A stretch of DNA of 32,000 nucleotides, taken from positions 210,001 to 242,000 of the forward strand of contig NC_017448.1 in NCBI RefSeq assembly GCF_000146505.1, written 5' to 3'. The translations under genes were made by a program, and so were the position numbers. Every line of letters starts with the position of its first letter. The stretch's first letter is position 1. The DNA is from Fibrobacter succinogenes subsp. succinogenes S85 (GTDB lineage Bacteria; Fibrobacterota; Fibrobacteria; Fibrobacterales; Fibrobacteraceae). The notes beneath the pieces were generated by a model. The model made no database searches, was not told the origin of the DNA, and worked only from the letters and a program-made list of their open reading frames with translations. This document shows positions 1 through 9,022 of the stretch, piece after piece.

Positions 1-1030
1 CCTTCGGAATGTCCACGCCAATTTGCACGTAGAGACTTCCACGGTCACCCTGTTTCTTGAGAGGCCACAAGCCCTGATCGCGCAGACGGAGAACGCTGCC
101 AGCCTGAGTGCCAGCGGCGATCTTGATCTGGATTTCATCACCGCTGATGGTCGGGATGCGCTGCGTACCGCCAAGAACCAGCTTGTGGACTGGAACCTTG
201 ACTTCGCAATGCAAGTCGTCGCCTTCACGGCTGAAGAAATCGTCCGGTTTTTCGGCAATCACGACGAGCAAGTCGCCGCAAGCGCCACCGCGCGGACCGC
301 AGTTGCCTTCGCCACGGAGGTTCAGGTACTGGCCTTCGCTTACGCCCGCCGGAATCTTGATGGAAATCTCTTCGGTTTCCTGTACGCGGCCCTCGCCGTG
401 GCAATGTGAGCACGGATTAGCGATTACTTCGCCCATGCCACTGCAAGTGGGGCAGACGCTTTCGGAAACCATCTGGAAAAATCCGCCGGACACACGACGT
501 ACACGACCCGTGCCATGGCAGGTATCGCAAGTTTTGACGTTCGTACCGCCCTTGCCGTTACATTCCGTACACGGCGTATAGCGTTTTAAGCGAACCTTCT
601 TGGTGCAGCCTTCGAAAATTTCCTTGTAGCTAAGAGCCACTTTAATCTGCAAGTCATTACCACGCGGAGGACCTGCCTTGCGAGAACTTCTGCGGCCACC
701 GCCACCGAAACCAAAGCCACCACCAAAGATATCGCCAAACTGGCTGAAGATATCGTTGATGTCGAATCCGGCACCACCGAATCCACCACCGCCAAAACCG
801 CCACCAGGAGCATTAAAACCAAACTGGTCGTAGTTCTTGCGCTTTTCAGGATTAGAGAGTACGTCGTAAGCTTCGGCAGCTTCCTTGAACTTTTCTTCAG
901 CTTCCTTGTCGCCCGGGTTCTTGTCCGGATGGTACTTGATAGCAAGCTTCTTATAAGCGTGCTTGATTTCATCAGCACTTGCGTCCTTGCCGACGCCCAA
1001 AACTTCGTAATAATCTCGTTTTTCAGCCAT
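1..1030 (-). CDS. dnaJ: Molecular chaperone DnaJ (3' end runs off the window start)
   Basis: Reverse-complement translation from the ATG at 1030..1028 gives [23 protein letters not shown] (J domain). A Gly/Phe-rich linker follows, then CxxCxGxG zinc-finger repeats (e.g. [13 protein letters not shown]) and a C-terminal ...[28 protein letters not shown]. It is absent from the ORF track because no stop codon lies inside the window. Confidence 0.95.
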   Translation of the reverse strand, partial: MAEKRDYYEVLGVGKDASADEIKHAYKKLAIKYHPDKNPGDKEAEEKFKEAAEAYDVLSNPEKRKNYDQFGFNAPGGGFGGGGFGGAGFDINDIFSQFGDIFGGGFGFGGGGRRSSRKAGPPRGNDLQIKVALSYKEIFEGCTKKVRLKRYTPCTECNGKGGTNVKTCDTCHGTGRVRRVSGGFFQMVSESVCPTCSGMGEVIANPCSHCHGEGRVQETEEISIKIPAGVSEGQYLNLRGEGNCGPRGGACGDLLVVIAEKPDDFFSREGDDLHCEVKVPVHKLVLGGTQRIPTISGDEIQIKIAAGTQAGSVLRLRDQGLWPLKKQGDRGSLYVQIGVDIPK

Positions 1031-1081
1031 TTTGCCCTCCGGGCAAACTCATCATATAAAAAAATCAAAAATCGTTATTTT

Positions 1082-1119
1082 ACAACAAAAGGATTGCCCC
1101 CTTTTGAGAGGCGAATCCT
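1082..1119 (-). terminator. Intercistronic hairpin plus U-tract between dnaK and dnaJ (partial terminator/attenuator)
   Basis: Minus-strand RNA reads AGGATTCGCC-tctcaaaa-GGGGGCAATCCT followed by TTTTGTTGT. The stem is 9 bp with one bulge. It starts about 23 nt after the dnaK stop. Confidence 0.5.
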
Positions 1120-1141
1120 ATTTGTTTTTTGAAGGTTGAAA

Positions 1142-3103
<1,962 letters not shown>

Positions 3104-3118
3104 TTACGCCGATACATT

Positions 3119-3135
3119 AGCAAAAGCCGTGCCAA
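3119..3135 (-). promoter_or_regulatory. Sigma-54 (RpoN) type -24/-12 promoter upstream of dnaK
   Basis: The minus strand reads TTGGCACGGCTTTTGCT. This matches YTGGCACGrNNNTTGCW at all specified positions with canonical GG..GC spacing. It lies 76-92 nt upstream of the dnaK ATG. Confidence 0.6.
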
Positions 3136-3444
3136 CCCCGAAAAGCGCCCTTTTTGTTTCGTTCTGAAACAAGTTTAAGGCGAAAATAGGGCAAAAAAGG
3201 GGCTGTTTCAAAAAAGAACGCCCTACAGCGTCATCCAGACGACTGCTGGGAGGAAGGATCCAGTGATGTCTTGAATAGGGGAGGGGGAAGAATCCCCCTG
3301 ATTGCAGCCCCGGCAATGTCTAAGCAATCAGGCTCCCCTTGCCTAGCACGTCATTGCGAGGAACGTAGTGACGATGCAATCCATAGCCAAGTCTTCCGTC
3401 ACCCCCTCGCCTAAGGGGACACCCCTTAAAAACCCCGAATTGTC

Positions 3445-4041
3445 ATGCCCGAAGAAATTTCCAATCAACTGTTACTTTTTGACATTGTCAAAATTTATAT
3501 TATAAATATGGGAATTAAAATCAATATAAATATCGATAATGACATTGAATGCGATATAGAAAGCGTTGTTAAAGATGATTGCAAAATGCCCTCATCCAAG
3601 CGCAATATTGTTATTCTTTGTGTTTTAATTCCATTCTTTCTTTTCATGGCTGGTGTATCATCCCCTTTTTGGACGGATAATTACATTGTTTATGCATTGT
3701 GTTTGTTGCCATTCTATACGTATATGGTCGTAATTTCAACTTTTGTAAATCCTGAATGGTGTCTAGATTATGTATCAGAAAAGAAATCCTATGCAGCACA
3801 ATCGTGTTTTGTAGGGATGTCCATTCCAACCGCAATATCTATACTTGGTGGATTTTTCGGTTTTACCGATTATGACGCTTTGTATCATGGAACTTGTGTG
3901 ATACTCGCATTTAATATTCCGGCATCTATTGTTTTCACTTTTTTATTTGGTTATGAATGTTCACGTTTATACGAAGTAAAAAAAGTGCAAAAAAAGATTT
4001 TTTCTATATGTAGTATCAGAACACACCGCGATAAATCTTGA
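3445..4041 (+). CDS. Hypothetical multi-pass membrane protein (AT-rich, start codon uncertain)
   Basis: 198 aa ORF with about 4 hydrophobic segments (IVILCVLIPFFLFMAGV, YALCLLPFYTYMVVISTF, GMSIPTAISILGGFFGF, CVILAFNIPASIVFTFLFG). I recognise no family. Composition is much more AT-rich than the neighbours. Alternative in-frame ATGs lie downstream. Confidence 0.45.
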   Translation: MPEEISNQLLLFDIVKIYIINMGIKININIDNDIECDIESVVKDDCKMPSSKRNIVILCVLIPFFLFMAGVSSPFWTDNYIVYALCLLPFYTYMVVISTFVNPEWCLDYVSEKKSYAAQSCFVGMSIPTAISILGGFFGFTDYDALYHGTCVILAFNIPASIVFTFLFGYECSRLYEVKKVQKKIFSICSIRTHRDKS

Positions 4042-4066
4042 CATATCATAATTATGATATTATATT
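4038..4066 (+). promoter_or_regulatory. Sigma-70-like promoter with embedded perfect 18-bp palindrome (probable antitoxin operator) for the phd-parE operon
   Basis: TTGACA (4038-4043), a 17-nt spacer, then TATATT (4061-4066). The spacer is essentially the perfect palindrome ATATCATAATTATGATAT (4043-4060). An AAAGGGGG RBS follows, then the TTG start at 4088. Confidence 0.55.
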
Positions 4067-4087
4067 ATCATAATAAAGGGGGCTTCC

Positions 4088-4345
4088 TTGCCGAATATCC
4101 GACCGATTTCAGACTTGCGCAACAATTTTACGAGCGTCGCAGAAACCGTACACAAGTATGACGAACCCATGTATCTGACCAAGAATGGCGTGGGCGACAT
4201 GGTTGTGATGTCCATCGAGTGCTACGAAAAGCAGATGGCACAGTTGGAACTCTATTCGAAACTTGCCGAGGCCATTTCCGAAGTGGAGCGCGGTGCGGAA
4301 TGCGCCGATGCTGAAAAATTCCTGAAGGACCTGATGAATGGCTAA
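4088..4345 (+). CDS. Type II antitoxin, Phd/YefM family
   Basis: 85 aa with a TTG start. The sequence IRPISDLRNNFTSVAETVHKYDEPMYLTKNGVGDMVVMSIECYE is typical of Phd/YefM. It overlaps the downstream toxin gene by 8 nt. Confidence 0.85.
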   Translation: MPNIRPISDLRNNFTSVAETVHKYDEPMYLTKNGVGDMVVMSIECYEKQMAQLELYSKLAEAISEVERGAECADAEKFLKDLMNG

Positions 4346-4655
4346 AAAATACGAAGTCGTCATCACGCCTTCGGCACAAAGGGACCTGACAGAGATTAAG
4401 ATTTATTTTACGAACATTCTAAAAACAGCTTCAAATTCCGTCTTTGAAAAATTCCTTGAGCAGGTCAGGCTGTTGAAAGTGCATCCGTTCACCTATCCCA
4501 TCCATCAGGATTCGCTGCTGAAACTCGTCAGCTACAGGGTCATTCCTATCAACAACTATCTGATGTTCTATGTGGTCAGGGGCGATACGGTCCAAATCCA
4601 TCGCGTACTCTACGCCAAGCGAAATTATACTCAACTATTGGGCATAGGCGAATAA
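4338..4655 (+). CDS. Type II toxin, ParE/RelE family
   Basis: 105 aa. The pattern YEVVITPSAQRDLTEIKIYF...YRVIPINNYLMFYVVRGDTVQIHRVLYAKRN matches the ParE/RelE fold. It is translationally coupled to the antitoxin. Confidence 0.85.
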   Translation: MAKKYEVVITPSAQRDLTEIKIYFTNILKTASNSVFEKFLEQVRLLKVHPFTYPIHQDSLLKLVSYRVIPINNYLMFYVVRGDTVQIHRVLYAKRNYTQLLGIGE

Positions 4656-4888
4656 TGCTTCACGTGATTGACGCGAAATATATTGGCGATTATAAAATAT
4701 CCATCGAATTCAACGACGGATACCGTTTTGTCGCTGATTTCAAAAGCGTCATCAAGTCGGATCATCGCCCCATCGTGCAGCAACTTGCAGATATCAAATT
4801 TTTTAAAGATTTTACGCTGCAAGTGCACACGATTACATGGCCGAACGGCGTCGATTTCGCCCCGGAATTCATCAAGAGTCTTCAGTAA
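4655..4888 (+). CDS. DUF2442 domain protein
   Basis: 77 aa. The pattern VIDAKYIGDYKISIEFNDGYRFVADF...ITWPNGVDFAPEFI is typical of DUF2442. Its ATG overlaps the parE stop (TAATG). Confidence 0.8.
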   Translation: MLHVIDAKYIGDYKISIEFNDGYRFVADFKSVIKSDHRPIVQQLADIKFFKDFTLQVHTITWPNGVDFAPEFIKSLQ

Positions 4889-4971
4889 GCTGAACCCTGT
4901 TTGATGCGCCATTCGGGGTCTTAGGGGCAGAGCCCTTAGGAGAGAGGGTGGGGAGCAACGAAGTGCGAGCC

Positions 4972-4995
4972 AGGGGGAGGCATCCCCCTTTAATT
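4972..4995 (+). terminator. Hairpin AGGGGGA-ggca-TCCCCCT followed by TTTAATT (weak terminator after the DUF2442 gene)
   Basis: A 7-bp GC-rich stem at 4972-4989, then a short T-rich run. It lies 84 nt after the stop codon. The hairpin belongs to a recurring G5/C5 hairpin type (see findings). Confidence 0.35.
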
Positions 4996-5090
4996 GTCAA
5001 ACATCTTCGTAATGTCCTTTGCACGAAAGGATGTCGATGAGCAATTAATCGTTCTCCATTGACTCTAATTCGCTGAGCTCATTATTTAGG

Positions 5091-5119
5091 TTGCATATCG
5101 GTGTGTTTTTATATATATT
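5091..5119 (+). promoter_or_regulatory. Sigma-70-like promoter for the dinJ-like/PIN operon
   Basis: TTGCAT (5091-5096), a 17-nt spacer, then TATATT (5114-5119). An AAAGAGG RBS follows, then the ATG at 5141. Confidence 0.45.
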
Positions 5120-5140
5120 TTATGAAAAGAGGTTACTTTT

Positions 5141-5473
5141 ATGTCGCAAACCACCTTTAGCATCAGAATGGATGACAACCTGAAAAAAGACTTTGATAAG
5201 CTTTGTGAAGAGTTTGGCATGTCGATGACCACGGCGATAAATGTCTTTGCTCGTGCCGTTGTGCGCGAGAAGAGGATTCCCTTCGAGGTTTCGTCCACAA
5301 AGGCTCCCGCTTATGCTGCTGACAGGCGCGTTTTCTACAATGCAAGTCCAGTTGCGAGCCGTATGTCAATGGTAATGCGCCAGCTTTCTGCCGAGGCAGA
5401 AAGAGCTGGGGCCGCCGATATGACTCTAGACGAAATCAATGCCGAAATTGATGCTGCCAGGAGCGGCCGATGA
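5141..5473 (+). CDS. Type II antitoxin, RelB/DinJ-like ribbon-helix-helix
   Basis: 110 aa. The N-terminus FSIRMDDNLKKDFDKLCEEFGMSMTTAINVFARAVVREKRIPFEV is a DinJ/RelB signature. The C-terminal tail is ...MTLDEINAEIDAARSGR. An ATGA overlap couples it to the next gene. Confidence 0.8.
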   Translation: MSQTTFSIRMDDNLKKDFDKLCEEFGMSMTTAINVFARAVVREKRIPFEVSSTKAPAYAADRRVFYNASPVASRMSMVMRQLSAEAERAGAADMTLDEINAEIDAARSGR

Positions 5474-5880
5474 AGTTTTATGCGGTCATTGACACAAATG
5501 TCATTGTTTCCGCTTTGCTGAAATGGAACTCTGTTCCTGGAGTCGTATTGCAGGCAGTTTTCAATGGATTTGTTGTTCCTGTATACAATGATGAAATTCT
5601 GAATGAGTATCGCAATGTTTTGAATAGGCCGAAATTCGGTTTTTCTTCAGAGTTGATTTCAGAAACCATATCCCAGATAGAATCCTTGGGTGTTATGGAA
5701 AATGCTTTGGAAACTGTTGCAGAAGCCATGCCCGATCCCAAGGACATTGTCTTTTATTCCATTGCGCTTTCTCATGGCAAAACCGCCGAAACGCATCTTG
5801 TAACGGGGAACGTCAAGCATTTTCCTGCAAATCCGATTGTCGTCACGCCGCGACAGATGTTGGACATTCTGTGCATGTAG
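5470..5880 (+). CDS. PIN-domain toxin (putative ribonuclease, TIGR00305-like)
   Basis: 136 aa. It starts MKFYAVIDTNVIVSALL (first acidic PIN residue) and contains ...YNDEILNEYRNVLNRPKF and ...DPKDIVFYSIAL...LVTGNVKHF. Confidence 0.85.
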   Translation: MKFYAVIDTNVIVSALLKWNSVPGVVLQAVFNGFVVPVYNDEILNEYRNVLNRPKFGFSSELISETISQIESLGVMENALETVAEAMPDPKDIVFYSIALSHGKTAETHLVTGNVKHFPANPIVVTPRQMLDILCM

Positions 5881-5916
5881 TTAATTCGCCACAGAAATTG
5901 CATTAAACTTTGACGC

Positions 5917-5950
5917 TAAAAATCCCCGGCCTCGTGAGTGAGGTCGGGGA
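5917..5950 (-). terminator. Rho-independent terminator downstream of the GH43 gene (the hairpin is also positioned to stop the convergent PIN operon)
   Basis: CCCCGGCCTC-gtgagt-GAGGTCGGGG forms a 10-bp stem with one G.U pair (5924-5949). On the minus strand it is followed by ATTTTTA. Confidence 0.55.
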
Positions 5951-5974
5951 CTTTAAATGTGGGGGAGGTAGGGC

Positions 5975-8068
5975 TTATTCCCCGACTTGCAATTTCAGGG
6001 GCTTTCCAGCAGGATTCCGGACGACGTAGACTCCGCGCCCAAAGCCGGCCGTCTTGAGTCCGTTCTTGATTTCTATCAACGAAGCCCCTGCGTTCAGGCG
6101 GACTTTGCCAAGCATGTTGCCCATCAAGTCAAAGACTTTGTATTCGCCGGCGATTTTAGCGAATGCTCCTGCGGCGATTTTCGGCTTTATGCTCGTGGTT
6201 CCTTTGCGTTTGTCCATAATATCGCCTTCAACTTTACCGAAGGCAATCCAGTCGAGGTTTACGTAATCGCTTGTTATTAGGACTTTGAGCACGTGTTCGC
6301 CTTTGGTGAGTTCCTTGGTTGTTTTGCCTTTGTACGTAGCGTATGTATCGAAGTCATCGGTTCCAGAAAGCGAGAGTGTATCGGTGATGGGTTCATTGTC
6401 CATGAAGAATCGTACGCTTGCGCTTTCCATGCCTGTTGCGTAAGAAAGTTCGAAGGGGAGGGTTCCGCTAGTTTCGACGTTCACGGTGTATTCCAGCCAT
6501 TCACCCTTCTGCGTGTAGCCCACGGCAAATCCGTCGCCGTTCTTCACGATATCCACGCGGTCTTCGCGATATTCCTTGCCTTGGTTTTCGGTGTCCATGT
6601 CATAGTAGGCCTTGCCGGCACCGCCCACGTCATAGTTTTCGAAGTCAATGAAGTTTGCGGGGCCTTCAACGCTTGCACCTACGGCTGGTACATCACACTT
6701 GGCTTCTGCATCTTTGAGTTTTTCCTTGCAGAACGGGCTTTGCGGAATAGCGGTCTTGCTATCCTCGAATTCCCAGTAGTCCGCTTCGAAGTCGCCTGCG
6801 AACACGAAGAACACGTCGTGCTTGCCAACGGCACCTGTGAGCGGAACTGTTACGAGGCCGTCTGCGGAGAATTCCGCCTTGCCAACAATTTCGCCGTTCA
6901 CCTTATCCAGACGGACGGTGATGCTCGACGCCTTCTTGACGTTCAGAACGGATGCTGAGAAGCTTTCTGCGCCTGCATCGCCGAATTCCACGCCACTAAT
7001 CTTGGTGTATTTTCCTTCGGAAAGATTGGTGATGACCGTATTGCCGGCGGTACCGCTCTTACGGACCCTCACGTCTTCGCCCCAGGACATGGTTTCCGCT
7101 TCCACGCGCTTGTACGGGTCGAAATCTTCCAGCTGGGCCACGCCATTGTCCGGCCAATAATCAATTTTTTGAATAGTGCCGTCAGCGTTGTACTTCATTT
7201 CGGAAAGGCCGACAGAACGACGCTCCTTGTGTTGGAATTTCTGGCCCATCTTCTCGGACTTGTAACGCCAAAGTTCGTAATTTAGGCCGAAAACGTAGGA
7301 TTTCCCCTTGAAATCGATGATACCCGGGTGGTTTCCGTTACTGCGCGAAGAATGCGGCATAATGTCGCCCTTGTAGGTCCAGGGGCCAGTAATCTTGTCG
7401 CTCATGGCATACCCGATACCTTCCGCACAGCAGGTCGATGCGAAAGTCATGTAGTAATTGTTGCCATGCTTGTAAACCCAGGGGCCTTCCTGGTAATCCT
7501 TGATTTTGGGGTAGGTGACGATGGAGCCCTGAGTACTAATCATGTCCTTGTTCAACTTGATCATGTACAATTCGGGGTTGCCCCAGTACATGTAGGCCTG
7601 TCCGTCGTCGTCAATCCAGACGGTAGGGTCGATATCGTTCCAGTGCTCGCGCTGCCAGACCAGCGCCTTGTTCAAAGGTTCCTTGAAAGGGCCATAAGGG
7701 CTGTCCGCCACCAAGACGGAAATGCCATTGCCGTGAATGGGGACGTACATGAACCACTTGCCGTCGCGCTCGATGACCTGTTCCGCCCAGGCCCCGTTAG
7801 TCTTTGAGCTCCACTTGATGTCTCCCAGGCTTGCCACGGCACCGTGACTGGTCCAGTTGACCATATCCGTGGATGTGTGCAACAGCCAGTCGTACATCAT
7901 GAACCCGTCGGCATTGTCCTCGTCGTGGGTCGTGTACAGGTAAACCGTATCCCCATGGACATAGGGCGCCGGGTCCGCCGTATAGTTCGTCGTGATTACA
8001 ATTTTCTGAGCGAAACCCGTACAAGCCAAGGCCAATACGGAAGAAACGATTAGGTTTTTACCAAACAT
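5975..8068 (-). CDS. Secreted GH43 glycoside hydrolase (arabinofuranosidase/xylosidase type) with two CBM6-like modules and a C-terminal sorting tail
   Basis: Signal peptide MFGKNLIVSSVLALACTGFAQ. GH43 hallmarks: ADPAPYVHGDTVYLYTTHD, WAEQVIERDGKWFMYV, IDPTVWIDDDGQAYMYWG, QEGPWVYKHGNNYYMTFA. Two CBM6-like repeats (RVEAE...YWEF and IDFENYD...NLDWIAF). The preferred start is the second ATG (8068), which has GGAG 6 nt upstream. The ORF-track start is 8080. Confidence 0.9.
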   Translation of the reverse strand: MFGKNLIVSSVLALACTGFAQKIVITTNYTADPAPYVHGDTVYLYTTHDEDNADGFMMYDWLLHTSTDMVNWTSHGAVASLGDIKWSSKTNGAWAEQVIERDGKWFMYVPIHGNGISVLVADSPYGPFKEPLNKALVWQREHWNDIDPTVWIDDDGQAYMYWGNPELYMIKLNKDMISTQGSIVTYPKIKDYQEGPWVYKHGNNYYMTFASTCCAEGIGYAMSDKITGPWTYKGDIMPHSSRSNGNHPGIIDFKGKSYVFGLNYELWRYKSEKMGQKFQHKERRSVGLSEMKYNADGTIQKIDYWPDNGVAQLEDFDPYKRVEAETMSWGEDVRVRKSGTAGNTVITNLSEGKYTKISGVEFGDAGAESFSASVLNVKKASSITVRLDKVNGEIVGKAEFSADGLVTVPLTGAVGKHDVFFVFAGDFEADYWEFEDSKTAIPQSPFCKEKLKDAEAKCDVPAVGASVEGPANFIDFENYDVGGAGKAYYDMDTENQGKEYREDRVDIVKNGDGFAVGYTQKGEWLEYTVNVETSGTLPFELSYATGMESASVRFFMDNEPITDTLSLSGTDDFDTYATYKGKTTKELTKGEHVLKVLITSDYVNLDWIAFGKVEGDIMDKRKGTTSIKPKIAAGAFAKIAGEYKVFDLMGNMLGKVRLNAGASLIEIKNGLKTAGFGRGVYVVRNPAGKPLKLQVGE

Positions 8069-8180
8069 CTTGATCTCCATTCCTTGTTAATTCCTACACC
8101 CAATAACAAAGATATATCTGAAAATGTTTGCGGTTAATCGCTTGCGTAAATCTCTATTGTCATTTTATCAAAAGGGGGGA

Positions 8181-8215
8181 GATAAGAAAAGCCCGCTCAC
8201 GGGGGAGTGGCGGGC
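8181..8215 (-). terminator. Rho-independent terminator of grpE
   Basis: The minus strand reads GCCCGCCAC-tccccc-GTGAGCGGGC followed by TTTTCTTATC. It starts 23 nt after the grpE stop. Confidence 0.6.
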
Positions 8216-8237
8216 ATAAAGGCGGGGGATATGGGGG

Positions 8238-8939
8238 TTATTTCCCGGAGGAAACGATAACCTTTGCGGTCTTCAAGATTTTGTTCTTGAGCTTGTAACC
8301 CTTCTGGAATACGGTGACAACATGACCTTCCGGGATAGTTTCGGAGGGCTGCTGCATCAGAGCTTCGTGGAGGTTCGGGTCGAATTCCTTGCCGGTCGGG
8401 TCAATCTGTTCAAGTCCTGCGTCCGTGAGAACCTTGGCGAACTGGTTGTAAATCATCTGCATGCCTTTTTCGAAGGCTTCGAGATCCTTGGCCTTGTTTT
8501 CGCTGGCGAAAGCACGTTCGAAATTGTCCTGGACTTCAGAGAGCTTTTCGAGGAGCTTGCCGTTCGCGGTTTCGATGAGTTCAAGCTGTTCCTTGGCATT
8601 ACGGCGGCGGAAGTTTTCGAATTCGGCCATCAGACGCACAAAACGGTCGTTAGCATCAGCGAGCTGCTGTTTCAAAATTTCTTCGGCGGAAGGTGCTGCG
8701 GGCTGTTCGGCGGCTTTTTCTTCAGCTTTTTTGCCTTCAGCGTCAGCGGTCTTGTCGGCGGCTTCTTCGTTTGAAACACTCTCGTCTTTCGTCTCTTGTC
8801 TTTCGTCTTTTTGGGCTTCAGCTTCGAGATTCATTGCATCCTGGGCGGCTTTCAACACATCCTGTTCAAATTTCGCCTGTTCCGAAGAAGAATTACTTTC
8901 GTCTTTCGTCTCTCGTCTTTCGTCTAAGTTTTCAGCCAT
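8238..8939 (-). CDS. grpE: Nucleotide exchange factor GrpE
   Basis: 233 aa. It contains RLMAEFENFRRRNAKE and C-terminal FDPNLHEALMQ...VVTVFQKGYKL. The acidic, low-complexity N-terminal tail carries a duplicated DER(R/Q)ETKDES unit. Confidence 0.95.
   Translation of the reverse strand: MAENLDERRETKDESNSSSEQAKFEQDVLKAAQDAMNLEAEAQKDERQETKDESVSNEEAADKTADAEGKKAEEKAAEQPAAPSAEEILKQQLADANDRFVRLMAEFENFRRRNAKEQLELIETANGKLLEKLSEVQDNFERAFASENKAKDLEAFEKGMQMIYNQFAKVLTDAGLEQIDPTGKEFDPNLHEALMQQPSETIPEGHVVTVFQKGYKLKNKILKTAKVIVSSGK
8782..8924. repeat. Intragenic 26-nt direct repeat pair in the grpE 5' region
   Basis: TCGTCTTTCGTCTCT(T/C)GTCTTTCGTC occurs at 8782-8807 and 8899-8924 with 25/26 identity. It encodes the duplicated DER(R/Q)ETKDE peptide. 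Confidence 0.8.
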
Positions 8940-9005
8940 GATATATCAATATTCCTTTAAAAATTGTCCGTTCGGACATCTGTTTTACAATTTCAACACA
9001 AAGAT

Positions 9006-9022
9006 AGCAAATACCATGCCAA
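9006..9022 (-). promoter_or_regulatory. Sigma-54 (RpoN) type -24/-12 promoter upstream of grpE
   Basis: The minus strand reads TTGGCATGGTATTTGCT, i.e. TGGCAT-N5-TTGC with canonical spacing. It lies 67-83 nt upstream of the grpE ATG and is nearly identical in frame to the dnaK element. Confidence 0.55.

Noticed and set aside
3104-3316. 70-aa minus-strand ORF in the dnaK upstream region.
   Set aside because: It spans the promoter and hairpin-rich spacer. It has no RBS and a Pro/Gly/Ser-rich composition dictated by the G/C-tract repeats.
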